Shown here in pieces: positions 40,425 through 51,549 of a DNA stretch of 64,000 nucleotides. This DNA comes from an uncultured Chthonomonadaceae bacterium (GTDB lineage: Bacteria; Armatimonadota; Chthonomonadetes; Chthonomonadales; Chthonomonadaceae): the NCBI GenBank assembly GCA_963817895.1, contig CAWFQB010000006.1, positions 1 through 64,000 of the forward strand, read 5' to 3'. Below the pieces are notes generated by a model, which was not told the DNA's origin, searched no databases, and was given only the letters and a program-made list of their open reading frames with translations. The stretch's first letter is position 1, and each line of letters opens with the position of its first letter. The translations under genes and the position numbers were made by a program.

Positions 40425-41037
40425 TTATTATGGCGGTGACGCGCGCTTTGTATTGATGCGTGGCGCGGAGAACGCGCATTTTGGCGGTTGTGGGCGCACA
40501 TCCCAGAATTTGCCCGATTTGTTTGTAGTCCAACCCCTCCACAATGTGCAAAACAATCACGCTGCGCTGTGGAAGGGGCATGGCTTGCAGGACGCGCATC
40601 AGGATTTGCAGCGTGTCAGCGCGATCCAGAATGGAGTGTGGGTCATTGCCGGACACATGGGGCAGATAGTGCTGCGCCTTCTGTGGGTCGAACGAAATCT
40701 CCCCGCGCTTCTGCCGATGTTTCAGGCGGTCATAGCACAGGTTGCCGCAAATGCGCAGCAGCCACGTCAGGAGTGAACTGTCACGGCGAAAGGTGTGCAG
40801 GGCGCGATACGCGCGTAAAAATGTCTCCTGCTTTATGTCGTCGGCATCCTCATGGTGTCCAGTCAGGTAGAACGCATGGCGAAAAACCGCGTCGCTATAG
40901 CTGGCGTAGACCTGCCCGAAAGCATCCAGATTTCCCGCGACACACTGCGCAATCAACCGCGTGTCCGGGGTTATCGGCTTTTCTTGCGAGTTCACGGTCA
41001 ATTTCGTGTCCACATCGGTTTTCGAGGCCGTCATCAT
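40411..41037 (-). CDS. ECF RNA polymerase sigma factor
   Basis: DADDIKQETFLRAY, LTWLLRI (region 2); GLDYKQIGQILGC..KMRVLRA (region 4). Confidence 0.88.
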   Translation of the reverse strand: MMTASKTDVDTKLTVNSQEKPITPDTRLIAQCVAGNLDAFGQVYASYSDAVFRHAFYLTGHHEDADDIKQETFLRAYRALHTFRRDSSLLTWLLRICGNLCYDRLKHRQKRGEISFDPQKAQHYLPHVSGNDPHSILDRADTLQILMRVLQAMPLPQRSVIVLHIVEGLDYKQIGQILGCAPTTAKMRVLRATHQYKARVTAIIKDEG

Positions 41038-41130
41038 GCCTGTGTTTTCTCCTGTCTCTGCTATAGACTGCGCATCGGGGAAAGCGCAACAGGAAAATGT
41101 AGGTTTTAGAGGTTTATGTTTTTAGGGTTC

Positions 41131-41760
41131 TAAGGGTCGGTAAATTTATAAGTTCCCAAAATCAAGCGGGCAATTCCATGGTGCGCGGACGTAGGGTGTA
41201 GTTCCATTGCGGACACACTTCATGCCTGGTCAGGTTCCGCGCGGCCATAACCTCTTCGGCGACAGTAATGCCTTTCCGGGACACTTGTGTCACCAGATGC
41301 GCGGTGACTTTCAAGCCCGTTGCGGTACTCGTCTGGCGCAAGTAGTCCAACCCCACTTCGTAATCGCGCAGGGGACATCGCGCCCATGTCTTGTTGCTCT
41401 CGCGCAACACGCGATGTTCAATCGGGTTCCACCTGGAGCCGCCCGTCGGCAAGTGGCATACGGTCACTTCCAGGCTCAGGCGGTGGGCAATCTTCTCTTG
41501 CAACTGCTGCTTCCAGAGTTTACAGCGATAGCCGTTACTGCCGCCGCAGTCGCTGTGCCGCAGCAAGGAGGTGGCATAGGGGGAACGCGCGGGCATCTCG
41601 GTTTCGCGCCGGGTGTCCACTGCGGGCGTAGCCGAAGAAGGACAGCGCGCCAGATTGTCTACGGCGAACTCGCCCGTGTCGCCTGATTGCCCGACGTACA
41701 CCGTCGCCTGATTGCCCGCGATGTCGTACACGCCATAAGGAACCGCGCCTGTATGTCGAC
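41131..41760 (-). mobile_element. ISAzo13-family transposase remnant (3' part and probable right end)
   Basis: PYGVYD, DCGGSNGYR, HLPTGGSRWNPIEHR, TATGLKV, PQWNYTLRP; 5' part absent. Confidence 0.75.
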
Positions 41761-41894
41761 GCGCCGGAACCCCGCGCCACGGAAGACTTCGACATCGTAC
41801 TCAAACTCAGCCTGCTGGCGGATGTGGCGAAGATGCAGCGGTTTGAATGCAGGCAACACAAATCTACGACACGGCAAATCCGTCTCGACCACAA

Positions 41895-42548
41895 TCAGTT
41901 TTGTTCGACAAATTCCCGAAGTGAATCGCGCCACTCTTCCGGCAGCGCCTCAATTTGCATAGCGCGCCGCATCAACGCGACATCCTCTGTTTCGCCGCGC
42001 TGCCATTGGTTCAAATCCGCAACTCGCGCCTGATGCGTTTCTCGCTCGATGATGTTAATGGTATCTCCTCGGCCCACATCTCCTTCCTGTCGTACCGCCA
42101 GATAAAAGCCGCTGTAGCCGCTTTCCAGAAAATGCCGGACAATATCCGTTCTCCCGAACTTTGCCGCCAGTTTGTAGCAGGGCTGGCGAGGTTGCGTGAC
42201 AACAAGTTCCGTTGTCCCGATTTGAATCCGGTTGCCGATATGAACGTTCTCCTCCGTCAATCCTTCGGTTGTCAGATTCTCCCCGAAAGCCCCCATTGGC
42301 AAATCGGTCACTGCCAGAAAATCGCGCCAGAAGTCGTAATGCTCGATGGGATAGGCGTAGACGGCCTTGTTCGGGCCGCCATGTACCGTCAGGTCTGCCT
42401 GCCGATCCCCCTCCAGATTCAGACGCTTTACGGCGCAGCGGCCTTCGACCGGCGCTTTGAAGATACCGGTATCCACCGTTCGGCCTTTCCAGAGGATACG
42501 ACGCGGCAGTCCAACATTCACGGAAACGATACGCATTTGCTTCTCCAA
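41895..42548 (-). CDS. MOSC domain protein (YiiM-like)
   Basis: GDRQADLTVHGGPNKAVYAY, FGENLT, QPRQPCYKL, SGFYLAV. Confidence 0.9.
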   Translation of the reverse strand: MEKQMRIVSVNVGLPRRILWKGRTVDTGIFKAPVEGRCAVKRLNLEGDRQADLTVHGGPNKAVYAYPIEHYDFWRDFLAVTDLPMGAFGENLTTEGLTEENVHIGNRIQIGTTELVVTQPRQPCYKLAAKFGRTDIVRHFLESGYSGFYLAVRQEGDVGRGDTINIIERETHQARVADLNQWQRGETEDVALMRRAMQIEALPEEWRDSLREFVEQN

Positions 42549-42633
42549 TCTTCAGTCGGGTAATCAATGGTCTCGGCTATTATCGCCAACATTCCCCTTC
42601 AAAAGTCAAAGCGTTCCGAGTTCCCGCTTCCCC

Positions 42634-45600
42634 TCAAACTATACTGACCTCATCCTCTGATAAGGCGTAGGCGACAGCCTGCTCCCATGTCAAAGTATAG
42701 CCCTGCTTTAAGGCGGTCGCATACATCTCTTCGCCCAGCGCGCTACAGGCCTGATCTACAAAGTGGACGTATGTTCGGCTCTCATTGGGAGGCAGGGGAA
42801 CGCCAATGCTCTCTTGAAGCGCTACGGCCGCTCCCCAGAGGCGCGCGGCCTTTTTTGGCATAGCGAGCGCCAGCATCACAGCGGCCAGTCCTCTCAGACT
42901 GATGGCGACTCCCGGTCGGTCCACCATTTCCTGGAGGAGAAACAGACTCTCCTCATGCAGCGGCTGAGCAACAATGTAATCGCTTTGCGCGTAAGCCACA
43001 TCGCCCAATCCGCTAAGACAATAAGCGATATAAGATCGATTGCCCAACTTCCGGCTGATACCCAGACTCTCCTCATAGAAGGATTTGGCAGCAGTATGAT
43101 CGCCCTGTGAACTCAGCGCGACACCCAATTTGTAGAGTGAAAAGGCGATACCGTTTTGCTCTCCGAGTTCGCGCCGGATGCCCAGACTCTCCTCAATGAG
43201 TGTCCGCGCCAGAGGATAATCTCCCAGATTAGTCGCTACGTCGCCCAGGTTCGTCAGCGACCAGGCAACCCCATGTATGTATTCCAGCTCTTTGAAGAGC
43301 GCCAGGCTTTCCTCATAGGCGGCCCGCGCGACAGCGTGCTTCCCCTGTTCACCCGCGTTGCTTGCCAGGTTATTGAGGGAGAAAGCGATCCCCCGCTTGT
43401 TGTCGAGACTCCGAAAGATGCGCAGGCTCTCCTGCCCCAGGGTATGCCCTGCTGTGTAATCGCCTTGAGAATCCGCTAATGAGCTGGCTCGTAGCAAGGC
43501 CCATGCCCGCATAGATGTATCTCCCTGAACATTCTCTCGCGCCAATATTCGCTCTAAAAACATCCTGCCTTCGCTGACATCACCGCGTATACTCCAAAAA
43601 TTCCACAGGGCTGTTGCAAGTCGCAATCCGGTTTCTTTGGAGTTCCCTCACAGGGCCGTCCCATTGCAGACTGGCCCGGAGGTTATCGCGCTCTGTTTCG
43701 AACCGCAGCAACGCTGCTTCCTGCTCTCCCCCTTCCAGCTGATTGCGGGCCTCTGCAACCACAGCGATACACCAGTCTCGATGCCTGGCATAAACGGCCT
43801 CCCTTTCACCGCTTGCCTGTAGGAATTCCGCCGCGTACTGTCGCACCATTTCCAATAGATGGTAACGTCCACCTTCTTCTCCCCCCCCGTACCATAAACG
43901 CTATCAGCGACTTATCAATCAAAGAAGTCAGCAGGTCGAGAATCTGCGACGCCTGAACTTCCCCTCCCGCACAAACCTGCTCGACGGCGTCGAGCGTCCA
44001 GCCTCCGGCAAAAACAGATAGGCGGCGCAATAACAGGCGCTCCGATTCGTTCAAAAGAGCATACGACCAATCCAGCGTGGATCGCAGCGTCTGTTGACGC
44101 GACTGCGCCGAGCGGCTGCCACCTGTCAACAAGCCTAATTCATTGTCCAACCGGGCCGCAATCTGTTCCACCGTCAGCGCTTTAACACGCGCGGCGGCCA
44201 GTTCAAGGGCGAGCGGAATCCCTTCCAGGCGAAAGCAGACCTGCGCCACCGACAAGGCATTGCTTCTGGTGAGCGCAAAAGTTTTCTGGACTGATTGCGC
44301 CCGCTCCACAAACAACTGTACGCTTTCATAACCCATCAGCGCCCCAGGCAACGTGGCGTTCGCCTGCGGCAGATGGGCCGGGACGGGCGCGGCCAGCGAA
44401 GGAACGGCCCAGGCTGTTTCACCCGTGATGCCGAGCGCCTCCCGGCTCGTCGCTAAGATATGCGCTCCCGCGCACTCGCGCAAGAGGTACGCTGCTGCCT
44501 CCGCGCTCGCCTCCAGAAGATGCTCACAGTTGTCCAGCACCAACAGCAGCCGCTTCGCGCGCAGAGTTTCCTTCAGGCTTTGCAGTAAACTCCGTCCACT
44601 CTCCTTTAGCCCCAACACGGAGGCGATCTGTTGAGCCACCATCTTGTCCTCTGAGAGCGCCTCCAGCGCCACCAGCCACACGCCATCAGGATACTCGCTT
44701 ACGACCTCTTTCGCGACTTCCATCGCCAGGCGAGTCTTCCCGATGCCTCCCATGCCGGTCAGCGTCACCAGCCTAGACCTTCGCAGGCGTTGCGCCACTT
44801 CCATCCGCTCGTCCTCTCGGCCCACCAGGTCGGTGAGCGCGTGAGGCAGGTAGCCGGTGACACGAGGGACAGACGCCACTTCCGCCTTTACTGACGCAGG
44901 CGTACTGGACTGCTGACGCGCCTCTGTTCGCAAACGCTCATACAGGGCGCGCGTTTTCTCATCGGGAACGGCGGTGGGATCGCTTCTGAGAATAGTCAGA
45001 AATTCGCGGTACACCTGCAAGGCCGCGTTGCGGTCGCCCTGCTTTGCCAGCGCCTCCATCCATCCTCGCCGCGCCGCATCCGACCAGGTATCAAGGCTGG
45101 CGGCGCGCTGAAAGTGACGGAGGGCCGCCGCATAGTCGCCTCCCGCCAAAGCGGACTCTCCAAGTTTTTGCAAAGCCTGCAAGCAACACTGCTCACGGTG
45201 GGCGCGCTCCTGCCCAACCCACTCTTCAGCACAGCCTTCGAGCAGTGGCCCGCCATACAGCGCCACCGCCTGTTCCAGATCGGCAAGGTTCCCACTCTTG
45301 ATGGCGGCATCAAAGCGAAGAATATCCACATCCGCGCCGGAAAGTTCCAGAAGAAGCGTTTGACGGTCCGGCGATTGCAGCCGCGCGCCCTCCTCTCCCA
45401 ACGCCCTGCGCAGTTCGCTCAAGACGGGGCGCAGGTTGGCAAACGCCTGGCTCTGCTCCAGATCGGGCCACAGCGTGGCTGCCAGCCACTCCCGTTCCAC
45501 AGGCCGGTCATGGCGCAGTGTCAGCAAGGCCAGCGCCCACAACGCCTTACGCGAACGAAATGGCGGCAGGGGTAGACCTTGCGCCCTTACCTGCATCGGG

Positions 45601-45647
45601 CCGAACAGAGTTATGGTTAGCGTATCGGCAGTCTCTGGCGAGGACAT
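42634..45647 (-). CDS. AfsR/SARP-like regulator 1 (wHTH-BTAD-NB-ARC-TPR); indels near 43885 and 43650
   Basis: [10 protein letters not shown], Walker [44 protein letters not shown] tail; three ORFs join. Confidence 0.85.
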
Positions 45648-45712
45648 AAACGCAATCCTTCCTGCGCAACCTGGACCTGGCAAACAAACTTACTGGGAAG
45701 CAAATGGCTCTC

Positions 45713-45791
45713 ACAGCAATATTTCGGGGGAGCGGAATGTTTTTCCTGTGCGCGCGGAACGTTGGCGATAATATTCGAGCGCAATACTCAT
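45713..45791 (+). promoter_or_regulatory. conserved divergent promoter 1 with CGGAAYG direct repeats
   Basis: CGGAATG (45733) and CGGAACG (45755), 15-nt spacer; aligns with 55059-55136. Confidence 0.7.
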
Positions 45792-45842
45792 GGTACGGCG
45801 GAGGCATCAGCTTCCACGTTACGCGATAAAGGAGAACATTCC

Positions 45843-46667
45843 ATGACAGGTTTCATCACCACCAAAGACGGCGCGCAGATTTACTACAAGGACTGGGGCG
45901 CGGGACAGCCCATTGTCTTCAGTCACGGCTGGCCCCTGAGCGCCGACGCCTGGGAAGACCAGATGTTCTTCCTGGCTTCACATGGCTTCCGCTGCATCGC
46001 CCACGACCGGCGCGGACACGGTAGATCGAGTCAGCCCTGGAACGGCAACGACATGGACACCTATGCCGATGATCTCGCCACGCTCGTCGAAACCCTGAAC
46101 CTGAGCAACGCGATCCACATCGGTCATTCCACCGGGGGAGGGGAAGTGGCCCGCTACATTGGGCGGCATGGCACAAAGCGGGTGGCGAAGGCCGTGCTGG
46201 TGGACGGAATCCCGCCCCTGATGCTCAAAACCGAGGCCAATTCTGGTGGTCTGCCCATCTCGGCCTTCGACGAACTTCGCGCCAGCGTCCTCGCCGACCG
46301 CTCCCAGTTCTGGAAGGACTTGAGTTTGCCATTTTATGGCTACAACAGACCGGGCGCGAAAATATCGCAAGGGGTGCGCAACTCGTTCTGGCTGCAGGGA
46401 ATGATGGCGGGGATGCCCGCCTCCTATGAGTGCATCAAAGTGTTTTCGGAGACGGATCATACCGAAGACCTCAAGAAGTTCGACGTGCCGACCCTGATCA
46501 TTCACGGCGATGACGACCAGATTGTGCCGATTGGCGCTTCGGCGCTACTTTCGTCCAAAATCGTGAAGGGGGCTATCCTGAAAATCTATCCGGGCGCGCC
46601 GCACGGCCTGCCCGCCACGCACAAGGACCAACTCAACGCCGACCTGCTCGCCTTTTGCAAGGCGTAA
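45843..46667 (+). CDS. non-heme chloroperoxidase/perhydrolase-type alpha/beta hydrolase
   Basis: [42 protein letters not shown]. Confidence 0.9.
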   Translation: MTGFITTKDGAQIYYKDWGAGQPIVFSHGWPLSADAWEDQMFFLASHGFRCIAHDRRGHGRSSQPWNGNDMDTYADDLATLVETLNLSNAIHIGHSTGGGEVARYIGRHGTKRVAKAVLVDGIPPLMLKTEANSGGLPISAFDELRASVLADRSQFWKDLSLPFYGYNRPGAKISQGVRNSFWLQGMMAGMPASYECIKVFSETDHTEDLKKFDVPTLIIHGDDDQIVPIGASALLSSKIVKGAILKIYPGAPHGLPATHKDQLNADLLAFCKA

Positions 46668-46802
46668 GGAATTTCACTGTCTCATTCGTTTTCCGTATCT
46701 TTGCGCATTTTTAATTTTGGAGATGCGAGCAGGCAGCGCTACATGCTTCTCTCATTTTCCACAAGCGCAAAGATACTGTTCACTCCAAAAATCAAGGAGA
46801 TA

Positions 46803-48122
46803 ATGATGAAACACAACCTATTCGCAGCCGCATTCGCGGGGCTGTTCTGCGCTGGCGCCGTTCTCTATGCCGCGCCCACAAAGCCCGACGGGCAGGCCGG
46901 GAAGCCGGCTATCGTCCTCGTTCACGGCGCTTATGCCGATGGCTCAAGCTGGAGCAAGGTCATCCCACTGTTGCAGGCCAAAGGCTATCATGTGGTCTCC
47001 GTGCAGAATCCGACCACCTCACTCGCGGACGACGTTCTGGCGACCGAGCGTGTCCTCAATCAGCAGACGGGGCCGGTGGTTTTAGTCGGACACTCGTGGG
47101 CGGGCGTCGTAATCACGCAGGCCGGCAACCACTCGAAGGTGAAAGCCCTTGTCTATGTGGACGCTTCCGCTCCTGACAGCGGGCAATCCATCAGCGATGC
47201 GGCGGCGGGCTTCCCCTCAGAACCGGGAGCGAGCGCCGGTATCAAGGACGAAAACGGGTTTCTGACGCTGCCCGATGCGGCGGTCGAGCGCTATTTCGCG
47301 CAAGACTTGACCCACGCCGAACAGGGGATTATTGCGGCCACGCAGCCTCCCTGGGGAATCGGCTGCCTCACCGACAAAGTGACGCGGGCGGCCTGGCATG
47401 ATAAGCCGTCGTGGTGGGTGATCGGCGAGAACGACCACATGATCGCTCCCGGCCTACAGGCGAAAATGGCCGCCACCATCAAGGCGAAAGTCACGAAACT
47501 GCCGACAAGCCATGTCGCCATGCTCGCCGATCCCAAAGCGGTGACAGCCGTGATTCTCGCCGCTGCCGATGAAGTTCACTCCGAGAAGTACGGCAGCGCG
47601 TCTGATTCTCGCAACGGCGTATCCGTTGTTCCGGTGGGCTACAATCCCATCCCGATTGTTCCGCAGGCAGCGCAAGTTCCGGCGCGAGCGGCGACAGCGC
47701 AATCGGCGCGGGATTTGCGTGGGCCAGCCGCAGTCGCGCCGCTTGCAGGCGAAGCCCCGGTAAAACTCATCATTGATCCCCCGTTGGCGGAATCGCTGGC
47801 GCAAGGGCGGGTCGTGATTCAGTACCGGGCGGAAAATCTGCGGATCGTGCCGGTGTTCGGCAAGGCGGCGCTTGCAGTGTCGCCGCGCATCGGACACATC
47901 CATGTAACTGTGGATGACGCGCCCTGGCACTGGCTGGACGCAAGCGGCGAGCCACTTGTCATTACCGGCCTGCTCGCCGGACCGCACAAGGTTCTCATCG
48001 AACTTGTCAACGCGAACCATCAAACGCTCGATTACGGGGTGGTCAATTTTGAAGTCACGCAGCGGTCACTGACGCAACCTGATCCAAAAGCCGACGGCTT
48101 TCGCTCGGCTCCTAAACTTTAG
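46803..48122 (+). CDS. secreted alpha/beta hydrolase fused to a DUF6130-like domain
   Basis: signal peptide; VLVHGA, GHSWAG, SHV; C-terminal IDPPLAESLAQG..SPRIGHIHVTVDDAPWH. Confidence 0.75.
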   Translation: MMKHNLFAAAFAGLFCAGAVLYAAPTKPDGQAGKPAIVLVHGAYADGSSWSKVIPLLQAKGYHVVSVQNPTTSLADDVLATERVLNQQTGPVVLVGHSWAGVVITQAGNHSKVKALVYVDASAPDSGQSISDAAAGFPSEPGASAGIKDENGFLTLPDAAVERYFAQDLTHAEQGIIAATQPPWGIGCLTDKVTRAAWHDKPSWWVIGENDHMIAPGLQAKMAATIKAKVTKLPTSHVAMLADPKAVTAVILAAADEVHSEKYGSASDSRNGVSVVPVGYNPIPIVPQAAQVPARAATAQSARDLRGPAAVAPLAGEAPVKLIIDPPLAESLAQGRVVIQYRAENLRIVPVFGKAALAVSPRIGHIHVTVDDAPWHWLDASGEPLVITGLLAGPHKVLIELVNANHQTLDYGVVNFEVTQRSLTQPDPKADGFRSAPKL

Positions 48123-48197
48123 AATAGTCGGCGCTGAAGCGACCCTCTATCCACTCTGATAACACACTCTAATCACAGAGAACGAAAGGTAATAGCA

Positions 48198-48950
48198 ATG
48201 GAAGGAAAACTGGAAGGAAGGATAGCCCTCGTCACCGGCGGCAACAGTGGCATTGGCCTGGCGACCGCGCAAAGGTTCGTGCAGGAAGGCGCCTACGTTT
48301 TCATCACCGGGCGTCGCCAGGATGCGCTCGACGAGGCTGTGAAGACCATTGGCTGCAACGTTGCTGCCATTCAAGCGGACGCCGCGCGGTTGACGGATAT
48401 TGATAAGCTCTACGCCACGATACAAAAGGAGAAGGGCCATCTCGATATTCTCTTCGCCAATGCGGGGAGCGGAACGCTCCTGCCCCTGGGAGCCATCACC
48501 GAGGAGCAATTCGACCAGACGTTCGATACCAATGTCAAAGGGCTGCTCTTTACAGTACAAAAGGCGCTGCCGCTCATGTCTGAAGGGGCGTCCATTATCC
48601 TCAACGCTTCTATCACTTCCATCAAGGGAACGCCGGCCTTCAGCGTTTACAGCGCTTCCAAGGCTGCTGTGCGCTCCTTCGCGCGGAGTTGGGCGGTGGA
48701 CCTGAAGGGACGCCAAATCCGCGTCAACGCCATCAGTCCCGGCGTCGTCCCAACACCGGGCTACAACCTGTTGGGATTGAGCGAGGAACAAATGCAGGAC
48801 TTTATCGCTTCGCAAGCCGCGACAATTCCGCTGGGCCGCGTGGGGACACCGGAGGAGATCGCAAAGGCGGTTGTCTTCCTGGCCTCCGACGACAGCAGCT
48901 ATGTCAATGGCATCGAATTGTTCGTGGATGGCGGCATGGCCCAGATTTAG
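48198..48950 (+). CDS. SDR family oxidoreductase
   Basis: [22 protein letters not shown]. Confidence 0.92.
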   Translation: MEGKLEGRIALVTGGNSGIGLATAQRFVQEGAYVFITGRRQDALDEAVKTIGCNVAAIQADAARLTDIDKLYATIQKEKGHLDILFANAGSGTLLPLGAITEEQFDQTFDTNVKGLLFTVQKALPLMSEGASIILNASITSIKGTPAFSVYSASKAAVRSFARSWAVDLKGRQIRVNAISPGVVPTPGYNLLGLSEEQMQDFIASQAATIPLGRVGTPEEIAKAVVFLASDDSSYVNGIELFVDGGMAQI

Positions 48951-49035
48951 GCGCAGATGCGCCAGAGGAAGCGCGCGCTCTGCCCCGCTCTAACTGTTTG
49001 AAATCAAGCGCATTCGCGCAAAAGGATTTTGCATC

Positions 49036-49980
49036 ATGACAACCCTGGAAATCAACCCGATGAACGCGCCTGCGAACTTCAATCTGGATATGGAACTCTC
49101 CATTCCTGAACTGCCCGGCGTGTTTTACCGCACTGTGAAGGTCAATGGCCTGGACATCTTCTACCGCGAAGCGGGGCCGAAGGATGCCCCCGTGATCCTG
49201 CTGCCGCACGGCTTTCCGACCAGTTCGCACATGTTCCGCAACCTGATTCCGGCCCTGGCCGACGAGTTCCGTCTGATTGCGCCGGACTACCCCGGTTTCG
49301 GCAACAGTTCGATGCCCACCGTGGACGAATTCGAGTACACGTTCGACAATCTGGTGAACGTGATTGAGCAGTTTACGGAGCAGTTGGGGCTGACGAAGTA
49401 TTCGCTGTATGCGCAGGATTATGGCGGGCCGGTCAGCTTCCGCCTGGCCGTCAAGCATCCGGAGCGGGTACAGGCGCTCATTGTGCAAAACGGCAACGCC
49501 TACGATGAGGGCATTGACAACGACTTCTGGAAGCCGATCAAGGCGTACTGGAAGCAGAAAAACCCGGAAAGCGAAAAGTACATTCGCAACATCTGCACGA
49601 GGGAAGGCACCATCTTTCAGTACACCAACGGCGTCCGCGACATCGAAGCGATCAGCCCGGACAACTGGAACATGGACGCGCCCCTCCTGGAGCGCCCCGG
49701 CAATGCGGAGATTCAGCTCGCGCTCTTCTACAGCTACGGCAGCAATCCGCCCCTGTACCCTGAGTGGCAGGCGTACTTCCGCAAGTATCAGCCGCCCACG
49801 CTCATCATCTGGGGCAAGAACGACGTGATATTTCCCGGCGCGGGCGCGGAACCGTACAAACGGGATTTGAAGAACCTGGAGTTTCACCTGCTCGATACCG
49901 GACACTTCGCGCTGGAAGAAGACGGCGCTAAAATGGCCCGCCTGATGCGCAGTTTCCTGCGCAAGAACGTGACGCGGTAA
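49036..49980 (+). CDS. alpha/beta hydrolase (epoxide hydrolase/dehalogenase-like)
   Basis: [25 protein letters not shown] nucleophile Asp, TGHFALE. Confidence 0.88.
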   Translation: MTTLEINPMNAPANFNLDMELSIPELPGVFYRTVKVNGLDIFYREAGPKDAPVILLPHGFPTSSHMFRNLIPALADEFRLIAPDYPGFGNSSMPTVDEFEYTFDNLVNVIEQFTEQLGLTKYSLYAQDYGGPVSFRLAVKHPERVQALIVQNGNAYDEGIDNDFWKPIKAYWKQKNPESEKYIRNICTREGTIFQYTNGVRDIEAISPDNWNMDAPLLERPGNAEIQLALFYSYGSNPPLYPEWQAYFRKYQPPTLIIWGKNDVIFPGAGAEPYKRDLKNLEFHLLDTGHFALEEDGAKMARLMRSFLRKNVTR

Positions 49981-50078
49981 GCGCAGTGTAGCTGTCCCAC
50001 TCTCCCATGAGAGTGGGACAGGCGGAACCCAATGCAAAAGTCACTCGCAGCGCATAAAGCTGCAAAGGAAAAAATCTC

Positions 50079-51038
50079 ATGCAAACACCGAGTATTTCAC
50101 GCCGTGGCTTTTTAGCCTCTACCAGCCTCGCCGCCACTGCCGCCTGGCTCGCCCCGCGCTCCGTTTTCGCCTATGACAGGGGCGATGAGGGCGGCATTGT
50201 CGGAATGATCCGTACAGAAGCCGCCACCGGGCCAATCACCGTTCAGTCGCTTCGAGGAAATGTCAGCGTCCTGATGGGGTCGGGCGGCAATATCGCTGTC
50301 TTTTCCGGCCAAGATGGCAAACTGCTCGTGGACGCGGGCATCCCGGCCTCGCGCCACAAGATCACCGAGGCTCTTGCCGCCATCAGCGCCGCGCCAATCA
50401 AACGACTCATCAATACGCACTGGCATTTCGATCATACCGATGGCAATGCCTGGCTCCACGCGGCGGGCGCGACCATCCTTGCCCACGAGAATACGCGCAA
50501 GCGCCTGGCCGTTGACACGCGAGTGGAAGGCTGGAATTTTACCTTTCCGGCTTCACCCGCAGGAGCGCTTCCTGCCGAGGTCTTCACAACGGAGCGTACC
50601 CTGCGCTTCAATGGCGCTGCCATCGCGCTCAAATACTACGGCCCGGCCCACACCGATTGCGACATTTGCGTCCACTTCACGGACGCGGATATCCTCCATG
50701 TCGCGGATACCTGGTGGAACGGCTACTATCCCTTCATTGACTACTCGACCGGCGGCTCCATCAACGGCATGATTCAGGCTACCGAAGCCAATCTCGCCAG
50801 AGTTACGGACAAGACCATTATCATTCCGGGACATGGGCCGGTTGGCAGCCGATCTGAACTCATCGTGTACCGTGATATGCTTGTCACCCTTCGAGATAAA
50901 ATTGCAGCCCTCAAGAAGCTGGGACATTCCTTGAAGGAAGTCGTGGCGGCCCACCCGACTGCCGCCTACGACGCGAAATGGGGTGGGTTCGCGACGAAGC
51001 CCGATGCTTTCACCCGGCAGATTTACATGGGTGTCTGA
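50079..51038 (+). CDS. Tat-exported MBL-fold metallo-hydrolase
   Basis: SRRGFL; THWHFDHTDGN; AHTD; IPGHG. Confidence 0.88.
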   Translation: MQTPSISRRGFLASTSLAATAAWLAPRSVFAYDRGDEGGIVGMIRTEAATGPITVQSLRGNVSVLMGSGGNIAVFSGQDGKLLVDAGIPASRHKITEALAAISAAPIKRLINTHWHFDHTDGNAWLHAAGATILAHENTRKRLAVDTRVEGWNFTFPASPAGALPAEVFTTERTLRFNGAAIALKYYGPAHTDCDICVHFTDADILHVADTWWNGYYPFIDYSTGGSINGMIQATEANLARVTDKTIIIPGHGPVGSRSELIVYRDMLVTLRDKIAALKKLGHSLKEVVAAHPTAAYDAKWGGFATKPDAFTRQIYMGV

Positions 51039-51081
51039 ACTTCGCGGCAACCTTGATGTTTTACGCGGATGGAGCAAAACA

Positions 51082-51252
51082 ATGGGCAAAATCATCATGG
51101 GACTTTTTCTGGGCTTTCTGATTGGCGTCGGCTGTCGCGGCTTCGACATTCCGCTGCCTGCCCCACCCAAACTGATCGGGGCGTTAGTGGTGCTGTCCAT
51201 GACATTCGGCTATGTCGGCATGGATTACCTGCTATCCTGCCATGCAAAATAG
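51082..51252 (+). CDS. XapX-domain (DUF1427-like) small membrane protein
   Basis: GFLIG..FDIPLPAPPKLIGALVVLSMTFGY. Confidence 0.7.
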   Translation: MGKIIMGLFLGFLIGVGCRGFDIPLPAPPKLIGALVVLSMTFGYVGMDYLLSCHAK

Positions 51253-51331
51253 GCAGCAAGCCTTGGTTGCAATCTGCTTTTGGAGCGGTTTCATTGACGG
51301 AATCGTAAGAATTATGAAGGAGGTGAAAATA

Positions 51332-51502
51332 ATGGAGTGGGTACAATTTATCGGGTTCATAGCAGTCTGGATCGTGCTACAGCGTTTTATCCTGCCCAAA
51401 CTTGGCATCACTACTTGAATGGCTCCAGGTGGCTGCGCGGTGGAACCGCGCGAAAAGAAACGCGCAGACAAAACAGAAACCGACGCCGACCAGATACGAT
51501 GA
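51332..51502 (+). CDS. candidate 56-aa membrane-anchored selenoprotein (TGA at 51416-51418)
   Basis: AAGGAGGTG RBS; MEWVQFIGFIAVWIVLQRFILPKLGITT-U-MAPGGCAVEPREKKRADKTETDADQIR; hairpin GCGCGGT-GGA-ACCGCGC starts 17 nt after TGA. Confidence 0.6.
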
Positions 51503-51508
51503 AAGCAA

Positions 51509-51548
51509 CGTCCAAACGACATTGAACGTATCTCATGTCGTTTGGACG
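51509..51548. terminator. 14-bp hairpin between convergent genes
   Basis: CGTCCAAACGACAT / ATGTCGTTTGGACG, directly after stop 51502. Confidence 0.6.
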
Positions 51549-51549
51549 C

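Noticed and set aside
45843..51252. Secondary-metabolite biosynthetic cluster implied by SARP regulators
   Set aside because: No PKS, NRPS, RiPP or terpene core enzyme; the genes look like detoxification/redox functions
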